Shown here: positions 24,631 to 38,790 of the stretch, in pieces | Layout: each line of letters begins with the position of its first letter | How positions within the stretch are numbered: the stretch's first letter is position 1 | From: Carcharhinus longimanus | Taxonomy: Eukaryota | NCBI GenBank assembly: GCA_030264375.1 | Contig: JASCQW010000130.1 | Location: forward strand, 25,875,010-25,939,009 | Length of the DNA stretch: 64,000 nt | Reading direction: 5' to 3' | The notes under the pieces: model-generated | Told to the model about the DNA's origin: nothing | The model's input: the letters and a program-made list of their open reading frames with translations, nothing else | The model's database searches: none | Position numbers and translations under genes: made by a program

Positions 24631-24835
24631 CAGTAAGTCTAACAGCATCTGTGGAGAGAGAATAGAGCTAATTTTTTAAGGCTTGTAGATCCTTTGTCCT
24701 CTGACAAAGAGTCATCCAGACTCAAAACATTAGCTCTGTTTTCGCTCCACAGATGTTGCCAGACTTGCTGAGATTTTCCAGCATTTTCTGTTTTTGTTTC
24801 AGATTCCAGCATCTGCAGGTATTTGCTTTTATTTT
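24631..24835. mobile_element. Palindromic Penelope-derived short element with degenerate hammerhead-like core
   Basis: Arms 24631-24671 / 24730-24770; core CTGACAA-agagtc-atcca-gactc-AAAAC at 24701-24728. Confidence 0.65.
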
Positions 24836-25173
24836 ACATGGACATTGGGATGGCACCGGCCATGCTGTCCCCAAAACTGGAGAATCCCACCAGGGTCAGT
24901 GGACCTTTGCGTTGTCTGCCTCCCGTCCACTACAATTCCTGTGGTGAATGGGAAGGGAGAATTCCTCCCCCTTATTCTGCAGTCTCTCTATGAGGAAATT
25001 ATGATAATCCAATCTTTTGTGGAAGAAACCCATATGTCTATTGTGTATTTTGTTCTTTAAAATTATCATATTTCCACATCTAAAAAAGTGTAGTAGAAAG
25101 TAATTATTTTCTGCGATTACCATTGTGGGAAGCTTTGACTGCTGTGATCAATTTATACTGTTCATTTTTCTAG

Positions 25174-25296
<123 letters not shown>

Positions 25297-25564
25297 TAGC
25301 ATTTGCGTGGAGCGAGCATTTTTTATTTAAGAGCAGTTTAAAAAATAGACATTGCACAGCTGGTAATGAGGGATACTGGAAGAATTTGTTCTTTGTAACA
25401 CTCACCTTGCCTGCATTCAAAATTGCAGTAATGTGAGCAGTTATCAATAATACTTCTCTCAGACACATTCAACTGTTTTTTTAACCTGAAATAAACAACA
25501 TGTGATGCCGTTGAGCACCTGCAAAGGGAATTATTTTGAATTAGGTATATTGTATCAAGTGTTT

Positions 25565-26312
25565 AGGAAGGATAGGCGGGAGGAAAAAGGGGGCGGGCGT
25601 AGCTCTGCTGATTAAGGATAGCATCAGGGCGGTAGCAAGGGATGATATAGGATCCAAAGAGCAGAAAGTGGAATCGTTGTGGGTGGAGATTAGGAACAGC
25701 ATAGGGAGGAAGACGCTGGTGGGTGTTGTCTATAGGCCCCCAAATAATGATCTGGAGGTGGGGCAGGCTATTAACGCGCAAATGAATGCGGCATGCAGGA
25801 ATGGAACGGCGATAATTATGTGGGATTTCAATCTACATATTGATTGGTCGACCCATGCTGGACGCGATGGGCTTGAGGAAGAGTTCTTGGAATGCTGCCT
25901 GGACAGTTTCCTTGAACAGTGTGTGTTGGAGTCGACGAGGGAGTGAGCTATCTTGGATCTGGTGTTATGTAATGAGGCAAGTAGAATTAGGGACCTTGTG
26001 GTGAAGGATCCTCTTGGGAAGAGTGATCATTGTATGGTGGAGTTTCTGATGCAGATGNNNNNNNNNNNNNNNNNNNNNNNNNNNNNNNNNNNNNNNNNNN
26101 NNNNNNNNNNNNNNNNNNNNNNNNNNNNNNNNNNNNNNNNNNNNNNNNNNNNNNNNNGTAGGCAAGGGGATTAAGGGTTATGGGGAGAAAGCGGGAAAGT
26201 GGAATTGAGCCACTTCAGATCAGCCATGATCTTATTGAATGGCAGGGCAGGCTCGAGGGGCTAGACGACCTACACCTGCTCCTACTTCTTATGCTCTTAT
26301 GTTATGTTCTTA
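25565..26312 (+). mobile_element. CR1 LINE: APE endonuclease region, then gap, then 3' tail
   Basis: ESLWVEIRNSIGRKTLVGVVYRPPN..IIMWDFNLHIDW..FLEQCVLESTRE..DLVLCNE..LGKSDHCMVEF; tail cttatgttatgttcttatg. Confidence 0.9.
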
Positions 26313-29300
26313 TGTTCCACAGCCCCTCAAGGTCATACACAGAGCCTGGGTGAGGGGTTGGCAGATATTGAGGGATGGGGAGCTGGGGGGAGGAGAAGAA
26401 TTTGGGAGATTGTTAAGGGGAGATGGAAAGGGAGTTGGAGTGGATGTTGTAAATAGGGAAGCTTGGAGGGTGGTTGAAGTGCTCTTAGGGCAGAAATTGG
26501 AGGCTTAGAGAGGTCTGAAGGGGATGGGCATAGAATGAGTGGTGGTTTAAAGGTGGGTGGAGGGGATTTGTGATTGGAAGGGAGTGGGAAGAAGTTGGAG
26601 CGGGTGAGGGAATGTTGAGGAGATTTTTGAAGAAGATTGAAGGGAGGTCTGGGAAGGTTAGAGAGGAAGTGGTAGGGTGGACTGAGGGAGTTGGGGAGAG
26701 AGGTTGGTGGAGGCTTTGTGGGGAGGGAGGGTCACTTCAAATGTTTAGTACCTGAAATTAAATTAAATACAGTTTATTTCTGAAAATTCTGCTTTAAATT
26801 TAAATCAACATATGATTAGCAGTATAAGTTGCCATTGTGCCCTAAAGTTGATACGATTCTTGTGACATGCTACATTAATGTACTAGAGACTTGAGAATTT
26901 TGAGTCTCAAAATAAATGTAAAAACCAGGAGTGATGCAGAAAAGTGTTTTGACTCACTTTCATCCATTTTATTATTCTTATAAAGTCTGGGAATGAAACC
27001 TCTACTGTCATTAAGAAATTGCTTAAGGTTTTACAAATCTCTACTCCATCCTCGGTTTACCCCACCCTACACTTTCCTATTTAAATATTTAGTAGATATT
27101 ACTCACGTGAGACAAAAATATTTCTTGGAATTTCTCAATTATTCCTAATCATCCATTGTAACCTTGGCAAAGAAAATCCATTGAAATCCCAGAGAAACAA
27201 CGTAAAGCCCTTTTACCACAAAGGGCCTTTGTAGGAAGACAATTCTTAAGTGCTTCTATAAATGATTTCTCTCAGAATTTTGCTAGTACATTTTTTCTCT
27301 GCTATTGGAGTTTCTAATTTATTAATTACAGTTTTATACTTAATTTGCCTGTTTTTCCCACCCTCAAGCAGCAATTAGATTTTTAAAATTATACTACTTG
27401 CACATTTATTTAGTACAAATGTAACACAACATCATATGGAACCTGTGGCTGGTCTGTAAATTCACACTGTACAACACAATTATATAACAATGGGTTAGCA
27501 TCAGAAAAGTCATGATAGAAATGTTGACTTGTTTTGTAGTGATTTCTTTGTAACCACTTTCCTAACATCAGTTGATTGCTCTGTGATTAATTATCCTTAA
27601 AGAATCAGAATTGGCTTCCAACTTCATTATTTCAACAGTCATGCTGCTTACCACATGTAAGTATCATGAAAAAAATCTGCATTTATACAACACCTTGCAC
27701 AGTGTCTCAAATCACTTTACAGCCAATTATGTACTTTTGAGTTTTAGGTATTGGTATAATGTAGAAAATGTCATCAAGTGACAGAGCAAGGTCAAGAGTT
27801 GATTGACTTACTACTGCTCCTAATAGATATGTTTGTGTGTCAATGAATGAGTTGAACTGGGTTAAATAGCCTTGGTCATCCATAACTATCTTGGGAACAG
27901 AGGGTAGAGTTGTGGAGGTCTTTTCATTTTGTTGCTAATGAAAATTTACTTGTGCACAGGCTTTTTGGGGGTGAAATTGCCAGGTCAGGGGTATGTAATG
28001 GGTTCATAGTAAATCAGGAACCTGCTTTACGCTCACTCACAAGAATCTTTTTCATTGATTTCAACCTTGTCCTTTTGTCTACTTACCTATTATCCCGCTC
28101 TAACTTGGTGCTTTTTATGTATTTTTTGAAGTATTGAAATATCGTGATAAAGTTGTGTTGAATAGTAGATAACAAAAATATGTCCTGGTGATACAACAAT
28201 CAGTAGTGTCTTCGAACTTGCTGATCAAGAAAACACAGATATAATTGTGAACCATTCGGTCATTGTCCTTTGGCTTCTTGAAAGTTGTGTTGCACAGAGA
28301 CATCTGAGGGATCTAATTCTTCTCACTGACTGTGAAGACATACGTTATTCAATATTTCCACAATGTATTGAATCACTTCTCCAAATGTGAATTTACTGTC
28401 AGTGTTCCTATGGTACAATGAGCATACCCTTTTAATGAGGGCTGAAGCAGTCACCAAAATCAGTGTTATTACCTGCACAGTGTTATAAGTAACTATTGGG
28501 ATATTTTCCTGTCAAATTAATGATATTGCACAATGTGTTGAAATCAAATTTGTACCCTCTGGTTTGTTTAAAAGTCTCACCGTGATCACCCATTTAGTTC
28601 ACAAAAACTAACACTGCATTATATCGATACTACTCTTAATAGTAATATCCCATGCTGCATTTATATCAGATGATTTGTAACAACTGAGAGCATCATTTTC
28701 CTCAGATCTTTCTGTAATTTTCTGGTGAATTGATTTGTGACTCTTGAAAGGTGAAAAAATATCATGCATGATTGGGGTTTCAAGTGTTGGAGAGATGCAT
28801 GAAATAAGGGGCCTAGAAAAAGAAGAAGCACCAGGACCTACAGTTTCTCTCCCTCGCTCAGGTCATACCCCCTCACCCCATGACCCTCAAACCCAAGCCC
28901 TTACCCACTTTTTCCCAGCCAGTCAGACACCCTGCACTTACCTGAAGTCTGGCATCCATTACCTTTCCCTCTTCAGGACTGCCTATAGTGGCCATGGCTT
29001 GAGCCTGATGCTGGGAATACAGGATTGTCAGGCAAACAGATTGGCTAGGATCTCTCCAAGGCAGGACTTCAGATAGGAGTGGAAGACTCAACTTTCAGGA
29101 TGGATTGTTAAATAGCTTGGGGCAGCCAGAATTGGTGGGGTGTGTACCCTATCAACTTCTTGGGTGGTGTGTTTGGAGACCTCACCATCTGAAAAAATCC
29201 AACCCCAAATCTCCTAAATGAACTTTGGAATGGTCCTCATAAAACCAAAAGTATCTACTTCAAGACTTATTCTAGTGAAGGGGTGATTCTAATTGGGAGT

Positions 29301-30336
29301 GTATTTGTATAGGCTGGAATGGGAAGGCATCAAATCCACCTGACATTGTCAGTTTGAAGCTCCAGTTTTTTTTAATTGCTGGACCTCATCTGGGCCATGG
29401 AAGGCAACTTCCTGCCTATTAGTAGGAAATAAAACCAACATCCATAGTTAACAATGGAATGAAACTTGTTTAGAAATTTGGTAATGCGGGGGGAGGGGAA
29501 GGGGTCATACATCCCAATCTTGGCATCTACGTTCAAATCCAACCACATTCATGGGAGGACAATTTCTTCTGCCGATCAGCTTTAGGTTCCCGATGTGAAA
29601 TGAATTTCAACATTTTGAGCCCATTTCCACTGACCATGGACTTATCATTTAAGCTGACTGCCATCTCATTCATTGAGATTACAAATTGATAGATACTGAA
29701 GAGTTAAAATGCCATCTTTTCTCAGTGCTTTTTGATTTTGTGATTACGCCGCATTATTGAGTCAGAGCAACTGTAACTATGCTATGCATCTTGAAACTGA
29801 CATTGACAGCTCAAGATGTGAAAATATTCCACATATGTTAAATTTCCACTCAGTTTCAGCACAAACTAAGACAGATATAAAACATAGAGGTTGTTGTAAA
29901 AAGAAACTGCACCTCTTTTCTATCCACTAATTATAAAAACTGAAAAATTACGGAATGTGGGATGGAATATAGGAACATGAGTTGGTTATTCAATCCCTTG
30001 AAACTATTCTACTAGTCAGTTAGACCATGACTGATCTATACTTTAATTCCAATCACCGCCTTGGTTCTGTAGCCCTAGCCTTGTAAAAGTACAACAGATG
30101 GACAGCATACATTTGCAATTTTACAGTTAATATTTCTTAGTACAGCTGACTTTCTTGTTTTATCAGCTAACATTTGTAATGCTTATTTGAACTCACCTTT
30201 GGATCTTTTCCCTCAGAGGAAGTAAATATTTGAACAGGATACCAATGTTGGATTTTTCCTTACCTGCAGTGTTGGTGATCCAAATGGATGAAAACTTTTC
30301 TTTTGGACAATTGTGTAAAATGTTTTATGTGTGTTT

Positions 30337-30546
30337 TAAAGTTTATTTCATTAGTGTCACAAGTAGGCTTACATTAACATTGCAATCAAGTTACTGTGAA
30401 AATCCCCCAGTCGCCACATTCTGGCAGCTGTTCGGGTACACTGAGGGAGAATGTAGTGTGGCTGATGCACCTCACTGGTGCATCTTTCGGATTGTGGGAG
30501 GAACACCTGGAGGAAACCCACACAGACATGGGCAGAATGTGCAGGC
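30337..30546 (-). mobile_element. HE1/V-SINE-like, tail type 2
   Basis: aaagtttatttcattagtgtcacaagtaggcttacattaac...gtgaaaatcccc, the reverse of the 6162 and 51161 tails. Confidence 0.8.
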
Positions 30547-31348
30547 ATGGATTCTGTGTATGTCACTCAGTTGAGACATATAACGCTGACATCAATGTGG
30601 ATGAGTCATGTAGTCCTGCCTCTCTAGTATCATAAATCAAACAATACTTTAAATAACACTTTTACTAAGAAACAGAGTTCAAGATGTCCTCACCTCACAT
30701 TAAGTCTATTTCTTAATTATCAGTTATCCTTCATTTGTTTTCCTTTAATTTGACCATTGGGTTTTGGATTTCTGTTTGAATTTTGAAATGTGGATCCAGG
30801 TGCAGGGAAGCTGCTCATTCTCATTGAGCTCAGTAAGATAGGTCAGGGATAGGCACAGCAATCCTTTAAACAGTCCTCATGATTAGGAGAATGGTGGTTT
30901 TGTGGCCTCGCTGCCAGTTTGAGCTGTGCCCATCTCTACTAGTGGGGCTGCCTTCTGAGCCTTCAGCCCCAGGAACCCAACTGCCATCTTTAGTTGGATG
31001 GTGGAGGCAATTCAGAGGCAGAAGATCTGACTGGAATGTGCACATTAAACACGTACAGGGTCAGATCTATGAATGGTCCCAACTCCTGAAGCTATTCAAT
31101 CAATCGGCACAACTTTCCACCCGTGCTGTGCTGCTTCTTTGCTTCTCTTTCAGTGCAGTGAGTTAACATTGAATCACATCCACTCAGCATTATTTTGAGG
31201 GTAACTTGTTAGTCAACAAGAACAGGTGGCTTCTGCATTTCCTTTCTTGTTCTCTTAAAACTTGCACCTGCCAGGTCACCGACAGACACATTGCTCCTGA
31301 CCCGTTGGTAGCATTGTGAGAATGAGCACTGAATAAACTATTTCTCTC

Positions 31349-31584
31349 TGAAATTACTCCTCAGAGGCTAATGTCCCTTCAACAGATTCTCTTTTATTTA
31401 CAAACTTATCTTCATTCCTAAGAGCGCTTCAGGTACACAGTCAGAATCCAGAGGGTCAGTCAACCTGGCACTCCTCATTATATACACAGGTAAGACTCCC
31501 TGATTGGGTAAGCAATCATTACCTCAATCAGGAAGCTCATACTCCAAGAGGCCCAAACTCCTGGGCCTCATTGAGGTTATTACA
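31349..31584 (-). mobile_element. Solo LTR (236 bp) with 5-bp target-site duplication
   Basis: CTCTC|TGAAATTA...TTATTACA|CTCTC; the minus strand has CCAATCAG, TATATAA and AATAAA in order. Confidence 0.7.
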
Positions 31585-31714
31585 CTCTCCCTGCTGCAGG
31601 CCTGTGGCCAAGGGGATGCTGAGTGGAGTTGAATGCTCCATTTAACTCTTTCCTGCAGAAACAGCAGAGAGACTGTGTCATGGTTGGGGAGAATGTAGAA
31701 TTCAAAGACATTTA

Positions 31715-31998
31715 TGGAATCATAGAATCCTACAGTGCAGCAGAAGGTCACTCTACTACAATCCCACCCAGGCCTTATCCCCATAACCCCGTGCGTTTAT
31801 CCTGGTTGGCCCCCTGACACTAAGCAGCAATTTAGTATGGCCAATCCACCTAATTCAGCCATCTTTGGACTGTGGGAAGAAACCCGCGCAGACATTGGGA
31901 GAACGTGCAAACTCCACACAGATAGTTACCCAAGCCAGAATCGAACCCAGGTGCCTGACGCTGAGAGGTTGCAATGTTAACCACTGTGCCACCATGCC
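31715..31998 (-). mobile_element. HE1/V-SINE copy
   Basis: atcatagaatcctacagtgcag...tctttggactgtggg...aaactccacacag...aaccactgtgccaccatgcc. Confidence 0.87.
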
Positions 31999-33614
31999 TC
32001 CTGGCACTAGTCTTATTGAATACTAAGTACTGAATCTGATTCTCCAACCACAGTAACACTTCTTCTGACATCAGCGGTGTAAAGCAATAATTTGCCACCA
32101 GTAGAGAGCATAGGAAGCTGTTAAACAGCTGTTCAGGAGCTTATAGCTGCTACCTGTGGAGCCATGCACTTTGTTGTTTGTCCTTAAGTATTCAACTCAA
32201 CCTCTAACACACTTGTCCTATTAGAGGACTACTCCAGCTTTCTACAGCATATGGCATCTCACGTGACACTGTCGATAAATGAGAGCAATCTCTTAATGAA
32301 ATCATAAATATTGAGTTAGTACAAAGGGGTAACCACATTGCTTTTAGTCAGGCGCTCAACCGGTTTAGAGTAAAGTGCTATTTATCTTATTAGCCAGCAC
32401 ATTCTTCATGAAACGCAAGAAAGCTCTCCACCTGAATATTTATTCCCCTGGTTCAAATTAGTCTTGCCTTTCTTTCCTCCTAATTAAATTGCTGAGAATT
32501 TTCCTAATTGCGGCATTTTCATGTGGGATTCAAAGAACAATGACCAGATTTACTAAGCTTTAGATAACTGGCTTTACTGGAATGGTCTGGGATATTTTAG
32601 GAATCTTTCCTTTGTCCCGCCATGGTTCTATTTTTGTTTAATTTGCTCAGCCTCTTTGGGGGAAGATTACCAAGTACAGATAATAAATCCAAATCATTGC
32701 ATTTTTTTTCCTGAATATTGTGCATTAATAAACATACTGAAGGATCCAGATTTTTTCCCCATGGTTATAAGAACATTGGTGATATTTCCTTGATGTAAGA
32801 ATTATTAATGCTTTATTTCCTTTTGCCAATTTTAATTTTCTTCCAGAAAAGATCTTATTATTTGCACAGTAATTAGGAGATATCAAATTGCACACAAATG
32901 CGCTTCAGCTGTAGATTAATACATGTGTTATACAGTATAATGTCCCTATTATATCCTACAACTTAATGTGATCAGCACCATGGGAAATCCATTAGTGTAT
33001 TGAATAAGATGCACAATTATTAGGAGAACTATATAAATAATTGCTATCTAAAAGTATATTATTTAACTATAATCCTGCCCCTTTTCTCTTCCAGCATTTT
33101 AAAGCGTCCCCAAGTTTACTCCGTGACCGAGTCTTACCCTCTAACCAAATGTCTAATTATGGCCAACTTGGGCTTTGGAAGTCTTTTCTTTAATTAAAAC
33201 GTGTAAGCAGGAAAGGCACATGTATCAGAGATTGACAGCGAGAGGGATTAATATATACTAGAGTGAGGAAATTGACAGCAGGAGAGCCCTAAGAGAAAGA
33301 GGGAGAGCAAAATAGTGAGGTCAGAGAAGCAAAGGGAGGGAAAATGACAAAACTGGGAGGGGCACACGGGTAAGTCAAAGAGTGAAGAGCAGAGAGAAGC
33401 AAATGTTTTTTTTGAATGTGTGAACAGTCTCAGAGCAATTCGACATATTTATTCAAATGACCCTCGCATCTTTGTGATTTCTTCAGACACTAATAACATG
33501 TGGTTGCCATTCATTAAAATATCTATTAAGCCAGTCAAGCATCTTGCTGATGGCAGTTGACAACTCAATATGGGAGGAAGTCGACGATGGAGATATTCAG
33601 TAAAGAAACGGATA

Positions 33615-33962
33615 TGTCAGGATAGTGCTTGGACTAGTAATTGGACTAAGATCTGAAGACATGAGTTCAAAGCCCCACATCGCAGCCGGGGAAATTAATT
33701 TCAGTTGTAGAAATAAAGTAGAAGTTGTTATTGGTAATGTTGACCATGAGGTTACCAGATTGTTCATTAAAATCTGGTCTATGTGTGGCTCTAGATTCAC
33801 AGCAATGTGGTTGGTTCTTAATTGCCCTCTGAAGTGGCCTGGAAAGCCATGCAATTGTATTCAAAGCAACAACTCATCACCATCGCCTCGAAGGCAATTA
33901 GGATTGAGCAATAAATGGTGACCAGCCAGTGACATCTGCGCTCTGCAAGCGAATAATAGAAA
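33615..33962 (+). mobile_element. SINE family B, degraded
   Basis: ttggactagtaat...gagttcaaagccccac...acagcaatgtggttggttcttaattgccctctgaa...ggcaattaggattgagcaataaat. Confidence 0.7.
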
Positions 33963-36061
33963 GAAATGTTTGTAAGAGTGTTTTCACCAGAAGCTTTGCT
34001 CAACATAGAATGGAAACAGCAAAGTTACAAGTGTGAGAATAATTCATTTGCTATTTTATTGACCATTAGAGGGTCTGTTGAGTCCATTACATTTCCTTGG
34101 TTCAACCTGCACCAGAATTAAACACCCCGCCTCTCCCTCCCCCATGGCCAGTAATGACAATAAAATCTCGGACATAATGGTCTGTAATTTGCAGTAGGAG
34201 TGAGTCTAACGATCTGCCATTATTTATACTTGTCCTTGCCCACTCAATCTCAATGTTTTCTTGTACCATGAGTTTGCAAAGCGTGAGGGAAAGCAGGCAC
34301 CTGGGATCTGAATGAACACAGTGAGCGAATGTGCATCTCCTCAAATAATTAGGTTGAGCATTTGTCGAATTAGTGTCGGGAGGATTGAGATGGAAGCCAA
34401 ATCAGGTGCAGGAAGGGAAATAAAAATGAAAAGTTGGATATCAAGAGAAAATAAAGAATACAAAGGAAAAAAGAAATAAATGCTTTGATTATAAACTTCA
34501 CATTTTAAAAATTATGCAGCATTTAGAATTAGACTTACAACTGTTAACTTTTGTTGCCAGAGTGTTTCTAGGCAGTCGTTAACAAATAGCGCATAATTAA
34601 AATCTCCCTCAGCTAATGCAATTTTAAATAAATATGTACAAACCCCAAATGACACAGGCTCTTGCATCGCTTCAGACCAATTCTAATTTACTGCGGTGAG
34701 TTTAGTCTGTGCAAATAAAGCAACTCCGTAGTGAGTCAGATGGTGAGAAGCTTGTGACAGAGTGCTGTAACACAAACATAAATGTTTGGGTTTCTTTGTA
34801 TAACCAGGCATGTGTCCACACCTGAAGTAGCTGTGGCATTTGTGCAAAAATAATGGACAGTGTTATTAGTCTTGCCATTACTTTGACAGCAAGTCATGGA
34901 CCACCAGCACTGCCACCTGGACTGTATGGTAAGAACATAATTTATCCAGAAAGTGGAGACACCTGCATTTGGCATTTAAAATAATAGCAAGAAGTTCCTT
35001 TTCTAAACCTTCAACAGCAAACTTTAAAGACTGCATTTTTATACTCCCAGCAGGTGGGTTTGAAGGGGGGCTCATAATATCCACCCTCAGGAAAAGAACT
35101 TTCTCTCAAACTCCCTATTGGAATAGTGACTATCTCATTTCTGCCCACTAATTTTGGTCTTCCTGCAAGTGGAAACAGTTTATTTATGCTTAGACCTTCC
35201 GGCTACTTAGCTGCACGCCCCCTGTGTAAAATGTTATGTAGAGAAGTAAATCCATCCCCAACTACCTGTGGGTCTTGTAAGGTGCTGAAAAGGCTACATA
35301 ATGACACATATAAGGGCTTCATCCCATCCCCGCTACTATTTTATCCACAACAAGGGGGGAGCCCGTGCAAGCATAGTCTGGCAGCTTTCGTTGTGCTAGC
35401 TGGTGTTGGGCAAATGGGAAAGAGCTCTTGCAGGCCCCCCTCTACCCATCGGTACACCTTACTGACTACATCCCTGAGATCATACTTCCTCCTTCACACT
35501 CCTCCCCCAGACTCTCAGACCCCGTCCTTCCCACACCCTTGCCAGCTTGAACCCAACGAAACATCCTCACTTACCTCGGTGTCTGGCTACAGCGATGATT
35601 ATTGAGGACAGCCTGTAGTCCCAGAAGTGGCCATCACTCCTGCCTGGCACTGCTGAGTCTCCAAAGTTGCCATCTGATTGGCTGGCAGCTTTCTAAAGCA
35701 GGACTTCCTGTCACCAAGGGGCAAAAATCCTATCTCCAGCCCAATAAATGAGTGGGGCAGCCATTCTATGATTACTAATGACCATGATGCTCCATAAATC
35801 CCAGCCAGTAGACAAATTTTTAAAAAATTGAGTCCTCCAGCTATTTTCCTATCTAAAACCTGAGCATTTCAAGTATATGTTTCTGGTTTTAAGTAGTGCA
35901 ATGACAATATTGTGTGAAAATAAGGGCATTTGATGTTTCTTTTTATCAGCTAAATTTTCACTTGGGTGCTGTGTACAGACCTCTTGTGCAATTTTAAAAG
36001 TAAATTCTTATTGCCAAAGCTTCTTGGCACAACTTGAGATTACAAATGAGTGAATGATGTA

Positions 36062-36200
36062 AAGGGGTCCGTTAGCTCAAGTGTTTAGATGCTATGGGGG
36101 CAGCATAGAGTATTGCCAAAAGCCTGCGTGCAACCTCTGTACTGGCTGAAATAATTCTTGGGGCCCACCATGATTAGTCACCTTTAGACCATGAGGGAAG
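36062..36200 (+). mobile_element. Degraded tRNA-headed SINE (family C)
   Basis: ggggtccgttagctcaag...tgtactggctga; similar to the reverse of 61402-61600. Confidence 0.5.
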
Positions 36201-36335
36201 CAAGATGAGAGAGAGAGGATGATGAATGGTGCATTCAAGGATTTTTATGAGGAATAAGAGGAATACAGTGGCCTAATTCAATGTGCACGTGGCATGTTGA
36301 TGCATTTTGTTACCTTACAGAAATTTAGATACTTT

Positions 36336-36451
36336 GTGGGGAGTTTTCCCATTCCACCTGCCACGGGAATCGGAGCAGGTTGCGGGGATGTGGAAACGCA
36401 AAGATCTGTTGACCTTGTGTGGGAATTTCCGGTGGCTGGAAAATCCCATCC
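36336..36451. mobile_element. MITE
   Basis: tggggagttttcc ... ggaaaatcccatcc; internal tctgttgacct shared with 13048. Confidence 0.6.
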
Positions 36452-37241
36452 TTTATCTTCAAAGATGATGCCACATTTAAAAGGTTCAAATTCTACCGGT
36501 CTAATCGCTATTCTCATTAATTTTTGAATCAATTTTTGTTAACTGCACAAAATAAAATGTTTCATGGGATTGGCAGTTTTACAATTCTTTAAACTGTACT
36601 GCTGGAGTGAAAGACGTGGTCAATCTGCCATATTGGAAGGGGAATTAGAGACCATTTTAGTTTGCATAAATCCCAATTTGTCATTTATAAAAAATTAAAA
36701 TGAGCCATTCCAATTAGCATTTCAAAAACGTTGGGGAAAATGTAAATCCTAGCTGATTGCTTTTGCAGGCATCCATCATCATTGGCCCTTTGTCTGTCAG
36801 AGTGATGTCTGTCCACACCTCAAGTGAAATATCAACAAACTGTACTACCAACCTACTTTCACGACAATGAAATCCTTGTTATCTGCACTTATACTCAAGT
36901 ATGTCAGTGAAAGGAGAATTGTTACAGGTGAAGTGGGACCCGGGGGATTGTCAATTTATTGATGATCAGAAAATTGCAGAGGTATTTAGTGAGCACTTCA
37001 CTTGTTACTGAAGTGAAAAATATTGGAAAGGAGGATTGTACAGTCAGAGTGTGAGATGAGCAATGTTATGATGAATAAAAGGCTAAAGCAAGACAAAGCA
37101 ACAAAGCCACACAGGATACATCAAAGGAGCAGAGCTGCACAAGAGACAAACTTAGGTGAATCAGGCTGTTTTAAAAAATAACAAATGAAATTCTTATGTT
37201 GAGGTAAATTGCGTGTTTATACCACCTCCCACCTCATAGAG

Positions 37242-38790
37242 GTAGAATCACAGAGGTTTATAGCATGGAAACAGGCCCTTTGGCCCAGTTTGTCCATGCT
37301 GCCCATTTTTTAAAAAACCCCTAAGGCTAATCCCAATTGCCCGCATTTGGCCCATATCCCCCTGTGCCCATCGTACCCATGTAACTATCTAAGTGATTTT
37401 TAAAAGACAAAATTGTCCCCTCCCTTACTACTACCTCTGGCAGCTTGTTCCAGACACTCACCACCCTCTGTGTGAAAAAAATTCCCCTCCGGACACTTTT
37501 TTATCTCTCCCCTCTCAACTTAAACTTATGCCCTCTAGCTTTAGACTACCCTATCTTTGGGAAAAGATATTGACTATCTGGCTGATCTATACCCCTCGTT
37601 ATTTTATAAATCTCTGGAAGATCACCTCTCAGCCTCCTACGCTCCAGAGGAAAAATGTCCCAGTCTATCCAGCCTCTCCTTTTAACTCAATCCATAAAGT
37701 CCTGGTAGCATCCTAGTAAATCTTTTCTGCACTCTTTCTAGTTTAATAAGATTCTTTCTATAATAGGGAGACCAGAATTGCACACACTGTTCCAAATGTT
37801 ACCTTACCAATGTCTTGTACAACTTCAATAAGACATTCCAACTCCTGTAGTCAATGTTTTGACCGATGAAACCAAGCATGCCGACTGCCTTCTTCACCAC
37901 TCTGTCCACCTGTGACTCCACTTTCAAGGACCTCTGAACATATACCCCTAGATCTCTTTGTTCTGTAACTCCCCCCAACGCCCTACCATTAACTGAGTAA
38001 GTCCTGCCCTGGTTCAATCTACCAAAATGCATCACCTCACATTTGTCTAANNNNNNNNNNNNNNNNNNNNNNNNNNNNNNNNNNNNNNNNNNNNNNNNNN
38101 NNNNNNNNNNNNNNNNNNNNNNNNNNNNNNNNNNNNNNNNNNNNNNNNNNNNNNNNNNNNNNNNNNNNNNNNNNNNNNNNNNNNNNNNNNNNNNNNNNNN
38201 NNNNNNNNNNNNNNNNNNNNNNNNNNNNNNNNNNNNNNNNNNNNNNNNNNNNNNNNNNNNNNNNNNAATTGAAAAACAACTCCCTACAACCACTCAGAAG
38301 CCAATTTTGTATCCATTTAGATATTTCACCCTGGATCCAGTGAGATTTAACCTTATGCAACAATCTACCATGCGGTGCCTTGTCAAAGGCCTTGATAAAG
38401 TCCATGTAGACAACATCAACTGCACTGCTCTCATCTACCTTCTTGATTACCCCCTTCAAAAAACTCAATCAAATTTGTGAGACATAGTTTTCCATTCACA
38501 AATGCATGCTGACTGTTTCAAATCAGTCCTTGCGTCTCTAAATGCCTGTAGATCCTATATCACAAAATACTTTCCAACAATTTACCCACCACGGATGTGA
38601 GGCTCACTGACCTGTAGTTTCCAGGCTTTTCCCTGCAGCGCTTTTTAAACACTTGCCACTCTCCAACCTTCAGACGCCTCACCCATGACGATTGATGAAC
38701 CCGCAAATTCCTCCCTAGCCTCCCACAATGTCCTGGCATACACTTCATCAGGTCCCAGGGATTTGTCTATCTTGATGTGCTTTAAGACTT
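37242..38790 (-). mobile_element. CR1 LINE, RT to 3' end (gapped)
   Basis: PGNYRSVSLTSVVGKLLESIL; AVDVVYMDFIKAFDKAPHGRLLHK; DKCEVMHFGR; EQRDLGVYV. Confidence 0.93.

Noticed and set aside
26370-26730. G-rich purine tract and G-quadruplex-like runs (also ~2116-2141 and ~3662-3686)
   Set aside because: Low-complexity segments inside or next to repeats, with no evidence of function.
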